Shown here piece by piece: positions 36,901 through 50,819 of a stretch of DNA of 64,000 nt. Made by a program: the position numbers and the translations under genes. How positions within the stretch are numbered: the first letter of the stretch is position 1; every line of letters begins with the position of its first letter. Below the pieces are notes generated by a model that saw only the letters and a program-made list of their open reading frames with translations, searched no databases and was not told the DNA's origin. Origin of the DNA: Gracilinanus agilis (lineage: Eukaryota); contig NC_058132.1 in assembly GCF_016433145.1 (NCBI RefSeq), positions 284,991,187 through 285,055,186 of the forward strand, given 5' to 3'.

Positions 36901-38374
36901 ATTTTCAGGAGGAGAAAGGGACCTGATCATTTCAGGGGAAAATTCAATAGTCTGTGAACCTGTTCACCATTGCTTAATATATGGAAAGGAGACATATTAA
37001 ATAATATTTTGTTTTGTTTTGATTTTAAGAGGTCTGGAGAGGGGAGTAATTAGAAGGATGCACTTTGAATGTGAAGTTCTTGGATCCCTCATTAATAGTT
37101 TCTCAGACCACGGAGACTTGTTTCCCTAATATCCATATTTTTCTATTTACAACTGAATTATACTGTCTTTTAGGCTTCCAGGCCCACAAAAATCAGCTTA
37201 GGGAGAACTGAAAGAGGAATTTTAAAATGACAGTTAAAAAAATACAAAAAATAAATACTGTGTTGTTAATGTCTAAATAATCCAACTTTTAAAGCCCTTT
37301 TATTTAATGTTACAAAATATAAATATTAACTTAATGGGGCATGTGAAAATCTCACAATGATATAAGGCATATAGAAATATGCATGTGTAAGGATACACAC
37401 ATACATATTTATGCACCCCACCTATAACTCAAAATAGATCCACAAATTTATGTCTATTCTACCAGCAAGGAAAAAAAAAGTATTATAAATGAAGAGGTAA
37501 ATATCTTGCTAGATCTGGCTGTATTCTGGAGACATAGGTTCAAGCTCCGCTCTTTATTTTCTCAGCATCTAAAATCCAAAGTCACACACTTTCCCCCTGC
37601 CCTTGGCACTGCTGTCACCTCCATGCACCTAGCAATGCCTGCTTGCCAGTGACAGTACCTTCTTGATGAACAGGCCAGGGCCAGTCCCAAGCAGCTCCCC
37701 TTTCAGCCTGACAGCTGCATATCCCAGGTGGTCTGACATTTGAGATGGAGGCTGTGGATAAGATTGAAGGTGTTTTAGGGGAGAAGAAGGCTGTGAATAA
37801 CACCAAGCCCTCATCCAGATGGAATCACTCACGAGACAACCTGAGATACTCTATTACTGTCCATATGTCTTGGAGGTCTCAAAAGGCCATACTCTATTGA
37901 TTTATTAGAAACTCGCTTTTCTCTGCTTTCGATTCTTCTCAAAGCAGGCTACAGGACAGGCTTTTTCAGAGATGCTGTTGCTGCTTTTGCTTCTTGTGGG
38001 CTTTTTTTTTTTTTATAAGTTCTTTAAATAAAACAGTCTCTATAAATACCCTAGTAAACACCAGACTATAAAGTAAATATTTGGGGGTGAGATCCAGTTT
38101 ACTTCCTCTTAATATACAGCACCTTTTTACAAGTTTCCCTCTGAGCATAACCCCATGGCCAAACCCTTTACAGAACATACCTATTTTAGATAAATGACTT
38201 TTAAAAAAATGTGACTCCAAAGGAATCAAAATGACTATGCTAACTGTCTTGCACTATTTTTCCCTTGCAGATAAGCCTGGAAGAATTATTTCATTGTTTT
38301 GGCGCTGCAAACAGTTGTTATTAGTGTACCTTATTTATAGTCAGTTCTTTGAGGCACTATAGTAATATAGCAAA

Positions 38375-38554
38375 NNNNNNNNNNNNNNNNNNNNNNNNNN
38401 NNNNNNNNNNNNNNNNNNNNNNNNNNNNNNNNNNNNNNNNNNNNNNNNNNNNNNNNNNNNNNNNNNNNNNNNNNNNNNNNNNNNNNNNNNNNNNNNNNNN
38501 NNNNNNNNNNNNNNNNNNNNNNNNNNNNNNNNNNNNNNNNNNNNNNNNNNNNNN
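38375..38554. other. Assembly gap (180 N)
   Basis: Run of N. Confidence 1.
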
Positions 38555-39150
38555 GGTTTTATTTTATCAGTGGAGAGAGTAGGTGTTTCCAACCCAAACC
38601 ACTTATTGTAAATATAATTAATGGTAGTTCATTAATTTATTCTCAGTGTTATTGCTTTTATTTTAACACTTAGTTTAAATTAAATATTGTCTAGATTCTA
38701 GTTCCCATTTTCAATTTTTTACAAACTCTTAATTTATATTGAATTTCTGTGGTTGCAACAGTAAATTTTAGTCCACGCTACTGAAAATGCTCTTTTTAAT
38801 CTTTAATACCCCTTTATGCAAGCCAGAACTGAGCCTCTTGTTTTCCCCATATGTATTTGTAGATGAAAAAGCAAAATACATTTTTTGCTAATATGCCTAG
38901 TATAGATTTGAGTTTATTCCTGCCTTTAAAAAATATAGAGAAAATTGGATATTGATGGTAGGTGTTCAGAATTATCAATTGATTTCTGCCAGAGCACATC
39001 TACAATTATTGAAATCCTGGCAATAAAAATGGGAACTCCCTCCTACTTAGGACTATTCAGCAAAAGAGAACTGTAATTTTTACAATTACTGCCTTATGGA
39101 AACAACAGAACTTCCTACAATTTCACAGATGGGGTATTTGGGGATAAAAA

Positions 39151-39151
39151 G

Positions 39152-39182
<31 letters not shown>

Positions 39183-39190
39183 GATAGATA
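39151..39190. repeat. (GATA)n microsatellite
   Basis: Directly visible. Confidence 0.95.
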
Positions 39191-40353
39191 ATGTATCCTC
39201 AAATTCCTGACTAATTGTAATGAGATGGCCAGTAATTACTGATATGCTACATAGAGCTAGGCAATAACAGTATCACTAAGAGATCTTCCAGATCGCTGTG
39301 GAGGCTGCATGTTTGGATTGCTGTCGAAACTATTAGAAGAATGTAAGCTTGATTGACTGCATTAAGATGTATACCAAATTTACTCTCCCTATAAGTATTA
39401 AAGAAAACATGCAACAAATAAAACATGCAGCAAAATAGCATCTTAGGTTGTTTTGAAAATTAATTTGATATGCCAAGATGTTTTATCTTCAATTCTATTT
39501 TATTTTAATAAAAAACTTTTTTTCATAATTTATGAGGTTCTCCTTTTGATTCATTTAAGGTCATATAACATATTGTTCCTAAAAGATGCTAATTTAAGAA
39601 GAACTACAAATACTTTTCTGATTGAATCTTCATCTTAGACTTTTTGAAAAGAAAAAAAGGAAGTAAAGTAAACATCAGTTCAGGAGCATTTTTACAAAAT
39701 CAAAAACTAATTTCAAACTATCAGTTCCAATTCTTTCTCTTTTCCCCACTCCCCTCCATTTTTCTCAAACTACAATCCTGATTGTTGACATTTTATAATT
39801 TTTTTTGAAGACAAGAATGACTTGAAACATTTTAGAGATACTTCATTCAAAATGACACCAACTTTAAGCTTTTGTTCTTCATTTCATGATTTTATTTTCA
39901 GAATGTCGTATATTAACAAAAATTAATACTTGCAGACAGCAAAGAGTGAATGGGGTGTTTTAGGAACTAAAATACACAGAATGGTATTTGAAGATGTGAT
40001 ATAGACAAATAGGTTAGAAGTTATTCATATTGGAATAGGATAGTAACACAAAAGTTTGATTCTGGAAGAATGTATTTAAGGTGTATTTTTTATCTCAAAC
40101 TACAAAATATGACTCTGTTAATGTGCGTATGCCTTACAAGGATAAAATTACTAGTTGGGGTATTAAACAAGCAGGGTAATTTTGTTTGGTCTGTCAGTTA
40201 GTAGAGTTTTTAAATGATAGCAGGGCAAGAGATTATACAATTGTACCATTCAATACGATAGAGTTTAAATGTACATTAAAGTTAGAACAATTTAATGAAA
40301 TTCACATTTATTTCAAGGATTTTTTTAATTAAATCTATTGGTTGTTGGTATCT

Positions 40354-40533
40354 NNNNNNNNNNNNNNNNNNNNNNNNNNNNNNNNNNNNNNNNNNNNNNN
40401 NNNNNNNNNNNNNNNNNNNNNNNNNNNNNNNNNNNNNNNNNNNNNNNNNNNNNNNNNNNNNNNNNNNNNNNNNNNNNNNNNNNNNNNNNNNNNNNNNNNN
40501 NNNNNNNNNNNNNNNNNNNNNNNNNNNNNNNNN
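40354..40533. other. Assembly gap (180 N)
   Basis: Run of N. Confidence 1.
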
Positions 40534-41179
40534 TCTGCTTTGGTACAGGGCTGACACGGTAATATAGATTGGATTTGGTGCAATAAATATCAGTGAACTG
40601 GATCTAACATTAATGTCTCGATCTGTAGTTTGACAATGTCTGCTGAAAGCAGGTATAGAACAGATGCATTTCTTCAAAGCAAAAATGTCAAGCCAAAGAA
40701 TACATTTAGTTAAAATATTGCACTAGCTTTTTTCATAACCAAATATTTCTGCAGTAAAATTCTTCAACATCTAAGGAATAAATACACTGCCTTATACAAT
40801 TAACTTGAGACCATATGACTGCATTATAAGAATGACATGAGTTGTTCGATTTGATTGCTCCTGGTTACCATGGCTGATATGGCATGGTGGGCAAAATCAA
40901 AGGCCAGCCATATAATGATGGCTGAGAAAAATCATGCCTGTCACCATACTGTGTTCAGCAGACACTTGGCACATAAACAGGACTATTTCTTAGCCAGTGT
41001 GGTGGTGGCCTTTCACTGAAAGCCAAAGTAGGGAGAGACTCATTATAATAGAAACAATGATCCCTCATTCATTCTACATGGAAACTTGCCTTACCCTAAC
41101 ACATTAGATAGTTCTGAGCTGGATGAGAGGAGGCATATGCCCCTTATCAATGAAACAGAAGGACTTCATCTACACACCT

Positions 41180-41410
41180 GGCTTTGATTATACAGCAAAA
41201 TAAAGCATGGGAGTAAAAGTTAGGAAGACTTGAGTTCCAATCTTGCCTAAGGCAATTCTTTACTTCTCTTTAGGAAAGCCCCTTAATCTCTTTCAGATCA
41301 TTTTCCTCAGCAGTAAATTAGGGATAATATTAGCTCATAAACTTGTGAAGATCAAATGAGATAACTTATGTAAAACACCATGGAATTTCTAAAACACTAT
41401 ATAAATACTA
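41180..41410 (+). mobile_element. MIR SINE
   Basis: AGGAAGACTTGAGTTCCAATCTTG..TTGTGAAGATCAAATGAGATAA..TATAAATACTAG. Confidence 0.75.
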
Positions 41411-41689
41411 GGTATTAATAATAATAATGTTTATCACCAATGAATATATAATTGCATCCATCTATTTGCCTAATTATGATAGCTCATATATCAATATGGA
41501 GTGAGTTGATATTGTGAAATATGTTCATTTCTAGAAGGAGGGGGAAATTCCAAATAAATGGTGACTGTGTCACATTGTCAAATTACAAGGAATTGTTTCT
41601 TGACCAAAATAATCAGATTGAGTGTGTCACTTCAAAATGTGGAAAAGAAAATGTTTCATTTAAAATGTGGGAAAATTGGAATATCCCTG

Positions 41690-41950
41690 GATTTGGAGCC
41701 ATGGGAACTGGGCTTGAATCCTCCCTTTGCTATTTACTTTTTGCAGTTCTTGATAAGGGAAAGGGAATAAGTATTTATTAAGAACCTACTATGTGCCAGG
41801 CATTGCGCTGAACACTTGACAAATAACATCTTGCTTGATTAACCCTGTAACCTCTCTGGTGTTCCGTTTTCTCATCTGCAAATGAGTATTTGAACTCAAT
41901 GATCTCTGTACTCCCTTCCAACTCTAAATACTATAATCCTATAATTCTAT
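41690..41950. mobile_element. MIR split by or adjacent to an antisense L2-tail/MIR fragment
   Basis: CTTGAATCCTCCC..; TAAGTATTTATTAAGAACCTACTATGTGCCAGGC; TTTCTCATCTGCAAATG..CCCTTCCAACTCTAAA. Confidence 0.6.
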
Positions 41951-43859
41951 GATTGTCTATCAACCCTTTAAATGACATGTAATTTGCACTTGGCAAAGAT
42001 GAACCTTTTAGGATTATTTCTCACTAAATATAGTGTATGTACTTTTCCCAAAGGTAATGTACATGGGGTAGAGAGGAATAGAAGAAGAGAGAGAACATGA
42101 CATAGTACTAAGATATTAATATACCAAATCAATTGTAACAGAATCAAGGTAAGGGATCCAAATATACAAATTACCTATTTTTTAGAGAAATGTGAACAAT
42201 TAATTAAAAGAAGCAGAAGACCCAAGTAGTCAAAAAGAAGAACTGGGATCTATGATACCCTGAACTCTGGCCCACTGCTGTTCTACCAAAAGTAATATTC
42301 TGAGGAAGCCCCTTTTTGTATCCTCTCCCCTCTTGGTTTCTTCCTCTTCAGAATAGAAGTTTATAATAGTATAAGAGAACTCACAAAACCCAGTAAGAGG
42401 AGTAATTAACATACTGTTTGTAAAGTGCCTCCTTACTTGACAGGGAGACTCATGCCTCTTGCTTTTATCCTGATTTTTTTAGGGTACTAGGGGGGATGAG
42501 AGTACATGAGAGTGATTACTTTTCTTGTTGCCAAAGTTAGGCAAAGAGCACAAGTGGATGAGGGCCATGTGTTGAAAGAGTTGTGATCAAGAGCCAGGAA
42601 ATAACTGTTAGCAGGCCCCCTCAAAGTCATTTTGGAAAAACCCCATGTTTCCTTTTCAGGGGATGAGTTTTTGGAGCTGCGTTATTTTTAGACAGACCTG
42701 CCCTATGCAAGGTATGGATGCCACAATTTTCTCAGCATATGCTTAGTTGAATCTTTCAGAGGGCATTCATGTTGGCCCCATTTCCCACGTAGGCATGGAG
42801 GAGATGTCTTCATCTATGGCAGTAGACTGGGGCTCCTGCCAAAGGCAAGACTCCAACTCTGCAGGCAAGGGAAATAGATCATTTCAGTTCCTGAATCAGC
42901 ATTAGGTCTTGTTCACCTGAGCAGTGGAAAGCCTGTGGCTTTATTCAAAGGCTAGGAAATTCCACATGTTTATGGAATCGAGTTCTCTTGAAATGAGGTG
43001 ACTGTTTATTGCTAAGTGTCCATGAAAGGAAATCTGCAGTCAAATAGAACTGAGGCAATCACACATACTACATGTGTCTATGCCCCAGTGGTCTCAGCCC
43101 TGAACCACCTTCTCTAGAGTTATACGATAACTAATTCACTTGGTCCTATTTCTCCCTGAAGCTGTAAGTCTAGTTGTGGTTCACTGATTTAGTGACGTGA
43201 ATGAAGTAAATTCACTGCACTTCAAATCTCTCATTACACCTTAATTAGGACCGGAGCTAGAAATATCAATGTTTTAACAACTGTACTAGACAAGGTTTCT
43301 TTTCTTCCTTTAATCACATATTGTAAAGTAGATTGAAGTAGTTTCTCAATGTTTCCCTCCTTTGTTTATCTCCCTGTAGACGGTCCATGGCCAAGTGGAA
43401 TAACATAGGGCTGAGGTTGGGATCTTTCTGTTTTAATCCTGACTCAGTCAGCAAAACAGGGCTGCAAATAGCCACTTGCACACTCATCCAAGACGAGTAA
43501 TAATTTATACAACGTGAAAGGGAAAAATGTTATTTCCATTTATTCTATGCCCCAGATAATTTGGGGGTAAGGAGTGGTCGGGTGAAAAATAATTATTGAA
43601 GGATGGTAACTTTTCTTTATGTTTTTTTATAAGGCAAAAACTCTGTGATCTAGATAAACTGTTTTATTATTGTTTACTTTAAGTTGTTTTTCTGTAAAGT
43701 AGTTCATGCAAAGAGCAATCTACAAAAGATATTATGCAGGTTACTAATTGATAAACATGAAGCATTTGGAGGTGGGGGTTCTCTCATCCCCAGTAAATGA
43801 GGAAATCATACTTTTGCTTTATTTGTCCAGATGAATTATTAGATTCTACAGTTCAGTTA

Positions 43860-44100
43860 GAGCAGACAGGTGTGTCATTGGATAGAACGCTGGTCTTGGA
43901 GTAAGGAAAACTATTCTTCCTGAGTTCAAATCCAGCTTCAGATATTTACAAGCTAAGTGGCTATAGGCATATCACTTAACTGTTTGCCTCAATTTCCTCA
44001 TTTGTTCAATGAATTAAAGAAGGAAATGGCAAAGCATTAAGGTCAAAAAAATCCCACATTGGATTATGAAGATTAAGACCATGGAAAGGACTATATAAAC
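43860..44100 (+). mobile_element. Mar1-type CORE SINE
   Basis: GAGTTCAAATCCAGCTTCAG B-box, CACTTAACTGTTTGCCTCAATTTCCTCAT core, GAAGGAAATGGCAAA RTE-like tail. Confidence 0.85.
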
Positions 44101-47100
44101 ACAAGTAAGTTAAGACTTTGAGACCTCTGCTGTCACTACTTTTTTTCCACTCCAGGATCCCTAATTTTGAGGTGAATTTTAGGTAGACTGGATCCATTGT
44201 AACATAAAAAAATTGAATCAGAGGAAGTTTAATAATTGTTCTAGTTATTCCTACAACAAAACCAAACCAAACGGTTTCAACAGCTAAATGGAAAAGGGAA
44301 GTTAAATACCTTTTGAACTGAAGTGGAAGGGTTTTTTGTTTGTTTTGTTTTATTTATTTCTTTTTCTTCTTCCTCTATATCAGATGTTCACCTTTCTCCA
44401 AGAAAAGGTGATAGCAACATGGCTAATTAACAAAAAAAGAATAATTGAACTAGGGATGAAACAATCTACCTTTAAATCAAAGAAAAAAAGGCAAACAATA
44501 CTAAAATTTAATCTGTCCTCTGGGGCAGAAGGCAGCTTACAGGTTCTAGTCAGCTCACAAATGTAGCTAAGTGGCAGTCAGAAAAGATCATGTGACTGAG
44601 GTCTAAAAACTAATTAATCTCCATAAAGCTGTAAGTGAGGTAGGTAAGATGACTTGAAATCTGATTACATGATTGCATTTAAGGAGGGAAAATGCAGCAT
44701 GTATCTTTCATGTTGATTTTAACCACCTGAGCCCTTAATGACGTTTTGTACCTTGGAAGAAAACTCATATTTCATCTATATTTAAAAAGATCTACAAAGA
44801 TGCTAGTGTCATTAGTGCATGATTTACGAATTGAGTCTAAATAATATGATAATGAACCACACAGGATGCCTTTGTGAAGTTTCCCAGGATCAAGTAATTC
44901 TTTGATAAGTGTATTCAATGTAACAGGGAAGCTATAAATTCAAAGATTAAAAAAGAGACTGACAAAGGAATTTAAAGGAAATAGTCATTTCAAAATTCCA
45001 ACTTCCTCCCCTCCCCCATTATGAAAATAAAACAAATCATTAGGTAGTATATTTTGACTGGTGAACATTAATGTCTCTCTAAATTTATTTCTGGAGTTAA
45101 TGTCTTATTCAAAATAATAATTTTGAAAATTGGCTTAAATGTGGAATTATAGCTTTAATAGCTGTACACATAACAAAGTATCATATGATAAGAGAATCTA
45201 ACAACAGACCTTGTTCTTAATTTGGCATTAAAGTGTTTTTTGTTTGTTTAGTTTTGTCTTTTAATTTCTTAACACTGTTTCATTCAGTTAAAAGACATTT
45301 CTAAGGAACTATCCTTAAATTTTGCTCTCCTTATTTCTGTAACTACTCTAGATTAAAAATGTGCAAGGCCATAAGGAAAGAACATATACTAGACTGAAAT
45401 GAGTCCTGAAATCCATATACAATTGTGCCTAGATTTGCTTTAAGTAGAGACTTGAAGCTTCAATCATCTATGTACCCCTCTGTCATTTTTAGTTTGATCC
45501 TCACACGATTTGCTACACCATCATTGAAAAAGTCAGAGATTTATTTGAAAAAAGGCCATGATACAGGGAAACCATTGCCACCTGGAAATTCTGGATGTAC
45601 AGATGAACAGAGCTCCTATATACAAAGAGAAGGAATGAGTACATGAAATGTGTTCCATAATCGTTTCATTATAATTAGCATTCCTTGATAAAAATTGATG
45701 AATGTGAAAGCAGAGTACCTCATAAAAACCTAGCACCTATCCCTGAGGATCTGAAAGCACTTTGTAGATATGGGGCTTACTCCGGCTGGACCTAATATGA
45801 GTAAAACACACTTCGGGAGCAGAGTGCTCATGAGGGTAAGGTAAATTAACTCTTTCAAGTCACCAGGGTCTCATTTATTATTTTAGCAGAAATACTAAGC
45901 TCTGTTCATGTTTTGTCAAACGAGGCAACTCAGAGGTAATCATAAAAGGTAGTTTACTAATATTTAGAAAATAAGATGCATTTTTCTTCATATTTTTCTC
46001 AACCCATTAGTAATTCTGTTAAATTGGATACCTGTCTGTGTGCATACTGAACAAGGTGAGAACCCATGTACAATAGTTTGAAGGCTATGGGGGAAATTAA
46101 ACTTGAGAATATTTAAGCAAAGGTTTTGGATATAATAATTATGATCAATGAGGGCAATGACTTAACTTTACCTAATTTTACTATTTCTGTACATTTTTTC
46201 TTATATTTATCTCTTTTGTGTCTGTTTATATCCTTTCCATCCATCTTGCTTTTCAAAATCATTGTAGAGACAAATATTTCCCTCAACCCCCGAAGGCTTT
46301 TTGTTTGTTTTTCTTTTGTTTTATTTTGGTAAGCAACCACAAGAATGGATTTGAATTTCAATTTTGCCTTAAATATAGGGCAGAAGAAAGGTAATATAGC
46401 ATAAAGTTTTTGACATTTAGCATTAGAATAAGATGATTACAATAACAACCGAATCTTTACTAATTTTTCATTGCTTATGTGAATTTATTCTGAGTAGACA
46501 TATTTGTGCTTTTTTCCATAGTACGGATTATTTTAGTTAACTTTCAGAATAGAGTATTAACTTAGTAGTAATAATTTGTAATTAGATCCATGATCTTCTC
46601 AAAATGAATACTCCCAATATGGCACATGTCACTACCCCATCAGAGTTCTAGTTACTTCCCTTTCATAAACCCTCAAAAAAGAATTTAACATATTGTCTAC
46701 CTCTTTTCTTTTTTTGTTATTTTTGAAAACAGTTTGTAAGTATGGATACACTACTTGGGTTGGCTTTTTTCCCCCTTGCTCTCAATATATAACTGATTCA
46801 TCTTCTTTTTGGATAACATTTCCTTGACAATGTTTTTTATGCTACTTGTGTTATCTTCACTGATATAATACTAATTATTATACTGCACCATGAATTTCTT
46901 TATTGCCTTCTTGTTCACATTCTAATTTCTCTGAATTTTCAGAGATTGTGCTAATCCATAATTTACTGTATATACAAATCAACAGGAACATCTTGGTGTT
47001 AAAAATCTGAGGTGTCTGTTGCTGCTGTTTCTGCCATTATTGCTGTTTTTCTCCTTCTCCTTCATTATACTTAATGCCTTCCTCCTCCTCCTTTTCCTCT

Positions 47101-47739
47101 TCTTTCTCCTCCCTCTTTCTTCTACTCAACTTGAAAGCACTGAAAGTGCTCTGAAATTTTTTGGATGCAATCTATAGCTGTTATGCTGACATTCAATGCT
47201 AAATACAACTCAGTGGTAGCCATTGCATCAATCAAATGCAGTAAGTATTTGCTAAGCACTTACTCCATGAAGATACTGTGAAGGGCACTGGAAGCTTGTA
47301 CTAAATAGATTATTACAGGAGCAGCAAGACATGGTAGTTTGATTGTTGTAGATGTAGAGAAGATGACCTCAGAATGTAGCAGTATATGGTATCCTAAATC
47401 TTACCATTTGGTCTAGATCATTAAGATGAACACAGACCCAAAGAAATGGCCTCCAGCCATCATAAAATCTGTCCAAAGGAACTAAGGAACTCCCAAGGAA
47501 GACTGCAAAAAAAAATCAGATGGCATTAATCAGACAGTCTTCCACGAATCCAAATTCAGGACAAGTTAAATTAAATGTGATTCTCTCTGAAGACACAAAA
47601 TTATTGGCTACTCTTTCCAGAGCAAGTTGCTTCTTGTTTCAGGTTTTCCAACATCCTGTGCCAGGAGAAGAAGATAGTATAATATTTTCTCTTTCCTGAT
47701 ATTTTTTGATATTCCTTTCTCTTGATCAGGCATATCAGA

Positions 47740-48000
47740 CCTTGATAGGCAGCTAGTGAAACAATGGATAGAAAACTTGACCTGGATTCAGGGAGACATG
47801 AGTTCAAATCTGGCTTCTGATGTGACTAGCTATGTAAGTCTGAGCAAGACCCTTAATCTGTTTGCCTCAGTTTCCTAAAGTATAGATTTGAGGAAGATAA
47901 TTATAACATCTACTTCATAGGATTGTTGTGAGGATATAATGAGATAGTACTTGTAATGAACACTTAGCCCAGTGCCTATTGCATAGCAGATGCTATAAAA
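47740..48000 (+). mobile_element. MIR SINE (near full length)
   Basis: GGCAGCTAGTG..GAGTTCAAATCTGGC..GGATTGTTGTGAGGAT..CTTAGCCCAGTGCC..ATAGCAGATGCTATA. Confidence 0.85.
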
Positions 48001-48334
48001 ATGTTTATATTCGTTTCTTCTCCTTCCACTCACAACTTCTCCCTTGAGGTTTACTCCATTTTTCCTAACCTTCTGTTCAGTTCCATGTTTCTGTGGTATA
48101 TCACCTTACAGGCTATGGTCCTCCTTTCTCAAATAATTTAGTTAAAGCCATAACTTGAAATTTTTTGTTCCTCAGGCAAGAAATAGAAAAAGGAACCTTC
48201 ATTGGGAGAGGGATCTTCAAAGAAGAAAGAAGCAGAAACCTTTGGCATCAAGACATTGGCATCAGGCAGTTGAGAATGTTCTACCTTTTAGATTTCCTAG
48301 CAGCTTCTTCATCAATTTAATACAATCTAAAATT

Positions 48335-48860
48335 ATTTATTAAGCACCTTATTTGTGCAAAAATATTGTGCAAGTCCCTGAAGATATAAAGACAAAAGAA
48401 AAAAATAATCTCCATTCATTCTATTGAAATGCATTCTACTGGAGGCAATAGGGCATATAAATATATAAGTATATGTGTAATAATTTGAACAGAGAGCTTT
48501 AACAATGAAAGGATTCATAAAAAATTCCTTGAGCAGATGACATATGATCTGAGCTTTGAAGGAAGTCATAAATTTTGAAAGATGGAGGTGAGGACGGCAT
48601 GTATTCCAGGCATGGGAGAACAGCTTTTACAAAAGAATGTAGGCAAGAGATATAATGCATTCTTTAGGAAATAGTAAGTTTGACAGATTAGCTGGATATA
48701 GCATGAGTAAAAGATACTAATGTGAACTATTACTGGAGAGATAAGCTAAAGCAAAGTTGTAAAAGGTTTACAAGGTTTGAGCTAAGTTGTTTGTATGTTA
48801 TCCTAAAGACAATAGGTCATCACTGGAGATTTCTAGCAGATAAAAGACATAACTAGTTTG
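48335..48860 (-). mobile_element. L2 LINE 3' end
   Basis: ATTTATTAAGCACCT..GAGCTTTGAAGGAAG..GTATTCCAGGCATGGGAGAACAGC antisense L2 signature. Confidence 0.75.
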
Positions 48861-49646
48861 GTGAATATACTCCACTAAACCAATTCAATAATCTGGCCAT
48901 TTAATTCTATCTTAAGAGCTGGGAAAATAAACGTGCTTTATCCACTTGATTTTTTTCTATGTAAATTATTAGGGCAATTTTCTTTTTGGAGGTCACATTA
49001 AGATAATCCTATACTATAGATTGGGTTTGACATATTTAACACAATTTCACAATGTCTTCAGTACATGAGAGCATTGTGAGAATTATACAATTTCTATAGA
49101 ATTCTTGTTCCATTTAAACCTTGAGGAACCTATCCCCCATGAGAGTGGATGGTTATCCTCATTAAGGCTACATCTTATTTTTTGCATCATTTAATGCTAA
49201 AAATCGAAGTTTAACTGAACAAATTTGTTTAAGATTAGCAAAGGAAAATATATAAAGTTTAAAGGCAGGTCAAGCACCTTTATGAAAACAAACTGTGTTA
49301 CAAGGTGGGGGGGATTGGATGTGCTAAACCTGTCAGGATATGAACAGAATCTGAAAAATAAAATTCCAAATTTTTCACATTTATGAACTTACTAGTGATA
49401 TAGGATATATATATTTCTGAATTAGTTATCTGTGTATAATAAGATAAACTATTCAAAGCAAACCTTAAAGTAAACATCAATTTAGAAGAGAAGATAAAGA
49501 TGAGAAAATGTATATGCAATTACAATTCCAAGTGTACCTATTTTTAACAAGTTATTGATTTTGAAATAAAACAGAATCCAGTCCCTCCAACATTAGCTTT
49601 CTTCTAGTGAGGTTATAGCCTAAGGAGCATCCAAAGGACATGGAAA

Positions 49647-50416
49647 GGAGGCAATGTGACAAAATTGGAACACTAAAGCATTGCTGGTAGAGTTGTGAAC
49701 CAATCCAACAATTCTGGAAGGTAATTTGGAATTATGCGTAAAGGGTTTTAAAAGACTGCATGCCATTTTACCCAGCAATACCACTACTAGGTTTGTACTC
49801 CAAAGTGATAACAAATGTTTTACAAAAAATATTTATAGTCATGCGATTTGTGGTGGCAAAAAATTGGAAAATGAGGGGTTGTCCATCAACTGGGAAATGG
49901 CTGAAAAAATTGTGGTATATGATGGTGATGGAATACTATTGTACTATAAGGAATGATGAATTGCTTGATTTCTATATAAATTGAAAAGACCTCCATGAAC
50001 TGATGCAGAGTGAAATAAACAGAACCAAGAGAATATTGTACATAGTAACTGAAACATTATGGGATGATAAAATATAATAAAATTTTCTATTAATAGCAAT
50101 TCAGTGATCCAGGACAATCCTGAGAGACTTATGAGAAAGAAAGCTATCCACATCAAGAGAAAGAACTGTGGGGATAGAAATGCAGAAGAAAAACATGATT
50201 TATCACTTGTTCATGAGAGTATATGATTTGGGGTTTTGGTTTTAAAATATTACTCTATTAAAAATGAATATATATGGAAATAAAATTTGAGTGATAATAC
50301 ATGATAACCTAGTAGAATTGCTTGTCAGCTCCTGAGCGAGGGAGGTAAAAATGGAGGGAGAGAACATGAATCACATAACCATGGAAAAATATTTTTTAAA
50401 TTAATTAAAAAAACGA
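49647..50416 (+). mobile_element. 5'-truncated LINE-1 3' end
   Basis: ORF 49760-49984 PAIPLLGLY..VVAKNWKMRGCPSTGKWLKKLWYMMVMEYY; A-rich tail; 13-bp TSD AAGGACATGGAAA at 49634-49646 and 50417-50429. Confidence 0.96.
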
Positions 50417-50819
50417 AGGACATGGAAAATATGATCAAGTTATAATACACAGTGAATTATATAGGAAAATAGCTTAATAAATAGTTACTGGTGAGGAGTA
50501 GGGTAGACAGATCAGTTATATAGATAGAGCAAGTGCTAATGGTTGGACAGACTGCACTCTCATCAAGTATCAAGAGAACCTGAGGGAGTTTCCTAACACT
50601 TTAGGTCAACAACTCCTAGAGATTCATAGGAAGATTTATGACAGATGGCACAAGATATGTAGCTAAAGATAGATTACAATATGTATCATAAAAAGAAGTA
50701 ATCACATAAAGACAATTACAGATTCATGAAAGTATTGGTTTTGCCTGAAAAATAGGAGAAAGGTAAAAATAAAACATTGACTATTGCCATTTTTACAGAA
50801 GTTTAACCAATAAAGTACA

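Noticed and set aside
45425-45736. Overlapping 67-73 aa ORFs in unique sequence
   Set aside because: Lengths are within chance expectation; no motif or splice support.
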